This document shows, piece by piece, positions 20,057 to 25,980 of a stretch of DNA of 25,980 bases. Made by a program: the position numbers and the translations under genes. The notes under the pieces are model-generated. The model saw only the letters and a list, made by a program, of their open reading frames with translations, ran no database searches and was not told the DNA's origin. Location: contig JAVECO010000094.1 in assembly GCA_051942205.1 (NCBI GenBank), positions 62,001 through 87,980 of the forward strand, given 5' to 3'. The stretch's first letter is position 1, and every line of letters starts with the position of its first letter. This DNA is from Coniocarpon cinnabarinum (Eukaryota).

Positions 20057-21380
20057 ATGCTTTACAAGTCCACATTGGCGGCAGTCGCTGCCTGCTTTTC
20101 CTTGGCCACGGCAGCGCCAGCGCCCGCCTCTCCTAAGCAGCAGTCCGGTGAAGTCGGTGCTTTTTCCATTGGGCAGGTTCCCGTCCCTCAGTCGGCTGTC
20201 AAGAAGAACGGTCCACGACAGTACGCTAAAGCACTTCGAAAATACAAGGCCGCGATCCCAGAGCGTGTTCATGCTGCTGCCGTTGCTGCCGCCGAGGGCT
20301 CTTCGTCGGGCTCAGTGGCAGCAGAACCATCAGCAAACGATGAAGCATATCTTTCTCCCGTTCAGGTCGGCTCACCACCACAAACCTTGATGCTCGATTT
20401 CGACACTGGTTCAGCAGATCTCTGGGTCTTTTCAGACAAACTTCCCTCTTCGGAACAAACTGGTCACGCAGTCTACCAGACAGATGCGTCTAAATTACAA
20501 AGTGGATCGTCGTGGAAAATCTCGTACGGCGATGGAAGTGGCGCCAGTGGCACCGTATATGCTGACACTGTCAATGTTGGTGGTGTCACGGCCACTTCGC
20601 AAGCGGTAGAAGCCGCAACATCTGTTTCTTCGGTCTTCAGCCAAAACGTCGACACCGACGGCCTCGTTGGTCTGGCCTTCAGCGCCATTAACACCGTTCA
20701 GCCAAAGCCAGCGACAACCTTTTTTGACACAGTGAAGAGCTCTCTGGCCCAACCTCTCTTTGCTGCCTACCTTCAGCGCAACGCTCCTGGCACGTATGAT
20801 TTCGGTGCCACCAACCAGTCCCATTACAAGGGTCAAATCGGCTACACAGACGTCAACACTGCCAATGGGCTGTGGCAATTCTCAGCCGGAACAGTCAGCG
20901 TCGGTGGCACTGCCCTTGGCACCTTGGTAAGTTGGCTCTCCCCTTCTAGCAGCGAAGCGGTTCACATTGGATTTTCTTTGTACCAGTCTTCGACTTGCAT
21001 AGGTCTCACTTTGCTGACTTTCTTATTTACAGGGAGACGCCATTGCAGACACGGGCACCTCTATCATCCTAGCTCCGACGGAGCTCTGCATGGATTACTA
21101 CCAACAAGTCGAAGGCGCATCCATCAGCGAAGAGCTTGGTGGCTTTGTCTTCCCCTGCTCGGCGACGCTTCCTGACCTCACCATCAACATTGCTGGAGGA
21201 GATCGCACCGTGCCCGGTGACTTCATCAACTATGCTCAACAAGCCGGTCAATGCTTTGGTGGACTTCAGCCAAACCAGGGCCTCCCATTCACCATTCTCG
21301 GAGACACGTTCTTGAAGAGTCAATACGTCGTATTCAACGGGGCCGATTCACCACAAATTGGTTTCGCTGCGCAGGCGTAA
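20057..21380 (+). CDS. Secreted aspartic endopeptidase, family A1 (aspergillopepsin I/penicillopepsin-like); exons 20057-20926, 21033-21380; 405 aa
   Basis: Signal peptide and propeptide; catalytic DFDTGSADLWV and spliced AIADTGTS motifs; flap WKISYGDGS; ILGDTFLKSQYVVF. Intron 20927-21032 is GTAAGT..GCTGAC..CAG. Confidence 0.95.
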
Positions 21381-23030
21381 GCCGAAGCATTGCATGAGAG
21401 AGCTGTCGAGGGGAATGTCATGAGTAACGGCCGATTTTCAATTGTTGGATGCCGCCAACACTTCTTTTGTATATATCTTTCGTATCGCCTGCATGGACGG
21501 CAGATGCCTGTATAAGGCTCAGATCATTTCACGCGGCGCCAGCGCGGAACAGATCATCAGCTCAATCGAGTGATCAAACATCCAGGCTTCTACATATGCA
21601 AATGCGCTTCTTCATATTCTTCTCGACGCCAACGTTCCTTCTGAACGCCTGAGCCTCTGTATGCAGACCGAACGATACGGTGCTACATTTCTTATACCTA
21701 CACCCTGCCTTTCCGCCGTGCTTTCCCGCAAGGCCGTGCGCCAAGTATCTCGACACCTCGAACTTAGCACACTGACATTCACTCAAACAACTTGCGCTGT
21801 CCACGTTCTTCAGGATGGCGGGCGGACATGGCGATCATGCCAATCGTATGTAACCTAACCCGTCAGTTTGTCATCTGCTTCCTCAGGCTGACTTCGATGC
21901 AGCGCTCACAACCGATCCTGCCTACTCCAGGTACAACTGTATGTCTTATCACGCCAACGACAGTCGTTTGGCCCGCGATGCAGTCGACGGCATCTCGATG
22001 CCAAGTGGCACAGCTCAAAGAGGCTGACACAATACAGCTATGATGGTGGAGCGCTATAAATTCTTCAGATGGACACCACGGACTGCATCAATCACTATAG
22101 CCTACGTCCTCGTTGTACCTGCGATTTTCGGTTACATGGGCTTCGCTACAGATGTGAGTGCTACTTGCGTCCTGTCACCTTTGCTCTCAAGATAGACTAT
22201 ACCCCGAAGAGCTCCGTAGCAGTAGCAGAGGAGAAAGGAACTATGCTGGAGCACAAGCACAACAAGGGCATCGCCAGAACAGACGTTTTACGCTCAGCAG
22301 AAAGGCCAAAATTTGGTCTAGGAAGTGGCTGGTCTGGATTATGTGTTGAAACAGAGACGGCTGACCGCTGCTAGGGCAAATGGGACATGCGCGGCAAGCG
22401 AAGAGGCGACACGATCTCCGAATTTTAAGCACATTCGAAATCTCAAATCTTCTACAACAACTCACAGCTGCTACTTCTCGAATCCGCCAGGGCGGAACCT
22501 CCGGTCAGGACACGCGAGCTGACAGGTGTCTGACTGATCATCAACGACACCCTCCTGCAGCATTCACACATGTGAAGGAATACCCAGTTGAAACGGACTC
22601 AGCCGGAGACACGGGTTGCGTACGACAACACGAAAATACAAATCGACTACTAGATACTATCCATCTTCGCGCGTTCCTGTTTTCTTGCGTGCAAATGCGA
22701 TCAGTCTCGCCGTGCCCTTGCCGCGGCGCATGTGACCGCTCTCAATGAAGGCATTCAACGGCTATCACGGGAACTCGCAATCGCATGCACTGGTCGACGC
22801 AATTGCAGCCTCGCGTAAGTTTTAGGTCCTTAGGCTGCCGTTCAAAGGCTTGACCGAGTGGTTGGCACTGCTCGTTGAAAAGACAGTAGGTGGTCTGTGC
22901 GCCTCGGATGATGCACACAGCAAAAGGGAGCTTGTCATACACGGAAAATCCCCCACCATGCAGCCAATCTTCAGCCATGCATCTTTAGTTGCGACCTTGC
23001 CTGTCATTATGTTGTACACGAACTCGTTCA

Positions 23031-24950
23031 ATGTCCCCGGCGATTCTCTCTTCTCAAAAGCCGCTTGACGCTGTCATTGTTGGTGAGTGCGCACCCCGAC
23101 GAATGGATTGTGTGTTAGGACATTTCGGCTGATGTCCTGCCGTCTGTTTAGGAAATGGCCCCTCTGCTTTAATCCTCTCCTACATCTTGCATGGCTATAT
23201 AGCGCGTTACAATGGTCAACATCCAGATGCAACCGTTGATCATGCACTCAGTGCGGGCCAACAACTGCTTTCTTTCGATTCTTCTATATTTGAGCATTTG
23301 CGCTCCTCGTTGAAGTTCTCGTCTCAAGCCCATCCAGTCAATGTTCTGTTGGATACTTTGTTGAGACCATATGGCGATGTCTCCGATTTCTCAAAAAGCT
23401 GTGTGGAATGGTCCTACGAACCTGACAAGGCCGTGAGTCATGTTGTGCTAGGTGAGGCGCCTAGCGCTGGAGGGCAATGGGCCGACGATCCAGTCATTGC
23501 CACCAAGGACATTGGTACGCTGAGTTATGCCGAACAACTCTCGTTGCCTGGCTACACATTTGCGGATCATTTGCTGCAGACTCAAGGCGAAAGCCTGCCT
23601 GAGCTCATCCGTCCATCTCGAGCTGAGGTAGCGCGATACTATGCGCAGTATCCCAAAGCTGTGGGCATTGCAGACTCAATCAAGGTATCCGAACGTATAC
23701 ACGACATATCTAGGACGAGTAATGGCTTCTACGTCGCCTCACACAATATTCACTGCAAGCACCTTGTCCTCGCTTCAGGCACATTCAGCGTCAACCTCCC
23801 GCCGCCCAGAAGTCTTCGACCTTTGACTCATGCACAAGATCGGATGCAACCGCTGCTCGTCGTTGGATCTGGATTTACAGCGGCTGATATCATCATGACA
23901 GCGTCGCCTGACCGCGAGATTCTGCACATCTACAATTGGGATCCGGAGAACCGTCCTTCACCGTTGAAAGGTTGCCATTCTCAGGCTTATCCGGAATACG
24001 CTTGGATATATCGTCAAATGAAGCTTGCCGCTGCAATCCAAAGCGGCGCCATGAAAGCGAAAGACGTCAAAGGCAAGTTCAGCAAAGCCACCGATGCATC
24101 TGCGATGTCGTCTTTTCATCGACGAGACTGGGGTCGCACATACACAGGTTTCCCAAATGCGAAAGCCGCCGCCATAGAAGAGGTCTCTGACATTAGCAAT
24201 AAAGAGATCAGCATACGTCGAGTGGTAAAAGTGTCAATCACTAGTCCGTTTCTGCGTGTTCCAATCGTTAGGGAGGTTGGTACATTGCAGTATGCTGCAG
24301 GGCGACGCGGCAGTCTTGCGTACCTTGCATCTGGCCTGCTTGATGAGGTGCTCTTCGAACCAAGCAATGCTGCGAATCATCATCATCACTCCATCGCTTC
24401 GTCAGCAAACATGACTCAATACACGCCCTTGCCTTCTCACGGTTCTCGCGATCCGGATCCTTGGACCGGTGAAACATATACGCGGCCGCCTTCTCCAACT
24501 CTGACGTGGCACAGTCGAAATACGTCGTCGACTTCTTCCATCCCATCGAACGACTCAAAAGGCCAGGAGACATTCAGTCGAGCCCTGTCATCTACCATCT
24601 CTGGAAATGCTTTCCGAGACCGAATTGATGAGACTGACTCCATGGAAGTTGCTCCGATGGTCTTTGCCATCGGTAGCTTGACTGGCGACTCTTTGGTGCG
24701 GTTCGCGCCAGGGGGCTGCTGCGTTGTCGCAGGGACTCTCATGGGTGTGGACAAAGGACTTGAGCCCGGTGTCGATGTGCGAAAGACGGAAGTAACAGCT
24801 CTTGACAACTTGCTCGGCAAGGGCAAGGAGAACTCCGATTCCAACACCACCATCCTAACCTCGTCCAAGCTAGGACGTGCAGCTGCCAACTCTCACGCAA
24901 CTCTTAACGGTGGAACCGCGGATGTTCACTCTCTTAATCATCATTCCTAG
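23031..24950 (+). CDS. FAD-dependent oxidoreductase, OSGIN/OKL38-like; exons 23031-23082, 23152-24950; 616 aa
   Basis: Splicing intron 23083-23151 (GTGAGT..GCTGAT..TAG) creates the Rossmann motif AVIVGNGPSALILSYILHG. Also PVNVLLDTLLRP, GGQW, LVLASG, LLVVGSGFTAADII, YPEY, AIGSLTGDSLVRFAPGG. Confidence 0.85.
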
Positions 24951-25301
24951 ATAGAGTACATTATGGCGGCATGGGTACACGGCGCAAAGCACAATAATGA
25001 TGTAGCACGTGACACGGGCATTGTTATTCCATCCTTCCATGCCGACTTCGATCGGTCAAGACTTATACGAGGTAGATATTCTGCTTGCATACTCCCGTAC
25101 TCTTTGAAGACCCGTATTGATGCCATCCACATCTGCACACAGCGAGCACGCGCGGCTCCTACTGAATAGGGGCGGCATCAAAATACATGATATATACAGA
25201 AGTAGATGTCTATAGAGGGGCAGCAATCGCATCTGTCAAGCTCTCCTCGCCAACTCAAGCCAAGCACCTGAGGCTCACCACCTCATGATGCATTCCACAT
25301 A

Positions 25302-25980
25302 ATGCCAAGTTCGACTCGACGAATCGTCGAAGTCCTCATCCCCCTCCTCATCGCCTACCTCTTTTTCGGCTTGCCCCTTCCCCCATTATTAACCAATCTC
25401 CTTACCTCCGACTCCAACGACTCTACCCCCGTCGTGCTCTCAAACGACAACCTGATATGGGCGCGTGACACATTAGCGCTTCCTGAGCTCCAGGAGGATG
25501 TAAAGTGTTCCGAACATGACTACACAGTTCATATCTTCAGTCGCGATCCACTTGTGATCTATCTCGAGAATTTTCTAAGTGCCGACGAAGTGTCGCATAT
25601 TCTCGAATTGAGGTAAGCATCACAACACCCAATTGGTACTGGAGCGCGATTTTGAAGGAAAATTTATAGTACTCCCCACTTTAACGCCTCCACGATATGG
25701 GCCGGCAAGTCCGAGACCTCCAACACGCGCATCCGCAAATCGGAGAAAGCGCCGCTGGACCGCTCTGACTCCACGACTCTGTGCATTGAGAACCGGGCGC
25801 GTTCGTTCCAGGGCTGGCGGTCTGACGTGTTCATTGAGAAGTTGTGGGCGCAGCGGTATAAGGCGGGGGATCATTATGTGCATCATTATGATTGGGGATC
25901 GGCGAGTAAACGGGGCGGGAGGGTGAGCAGTTTTATGGTTTGGGTGTTTGATCGGGGCGAGGGGGGTGGGACGAATGTTC
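25302..25980 (+). CDS. Prolyl 4-hydroxylase-like 2OG-Fe(II) oxygenase with N-terminal membrane anchor; exons 25302-25612, 25670->window end (partial)
   Basis: Hydrophobic N-terminus; IFSRDPLVIYLENFLSADEVSHIL. After intron 25613-25669 the frame reads ...CIENRARSFQG...QRYKAGDHYVHHYDW...RVSSFMVWV...GGGTN (HxD iron motif). Confidence 0.85.

Noticed and set aside
21449..22980. Short ORFs between the protease and the OSGIN-like gene
   Set aside because: No recognisable motifs or codon bias; treated as intergenic.

Overview
Gene-dense eukaryotic window from a filamentous ascomycete (Pezizomycotina), judged by short GT-AG introns with CTRAY branch points. Eleven protein-coding genes were reconstructed by hand: SCS7 sphingolipid fatty-acid hydroxylase, a small 3-exon hydrophilic protein, RCM1/NSUN5 rRNA m5C methyltransferase, FSF1 sideroflexin, TAF4, YSH1/CPSF73, a LAMMER kinase, SEC65/SRP19, a secreted A1 aspartic protease, an OSGIN/OKL38-like flavoprotein, and a prolyl-4-hydroxylase-like 2OG-Fe(II) oxygenase that runs off the window end. 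No tRNA, rRNA, CRISPR or transposon could be supported. The standout is the 347-nt second intron of YSH1, which splits the HxHxDH catalytic motif. It contains a long-range 15-bp perfect stem with extensions, two internal helices, a poly(A)-signal-like cassette, a sequestered second branch point, and an overlapping internal acceptor/donor. Together these look like a structured-RNA autoregulatory switch for the mRNA 3'-end endonuclease (inference, untested).
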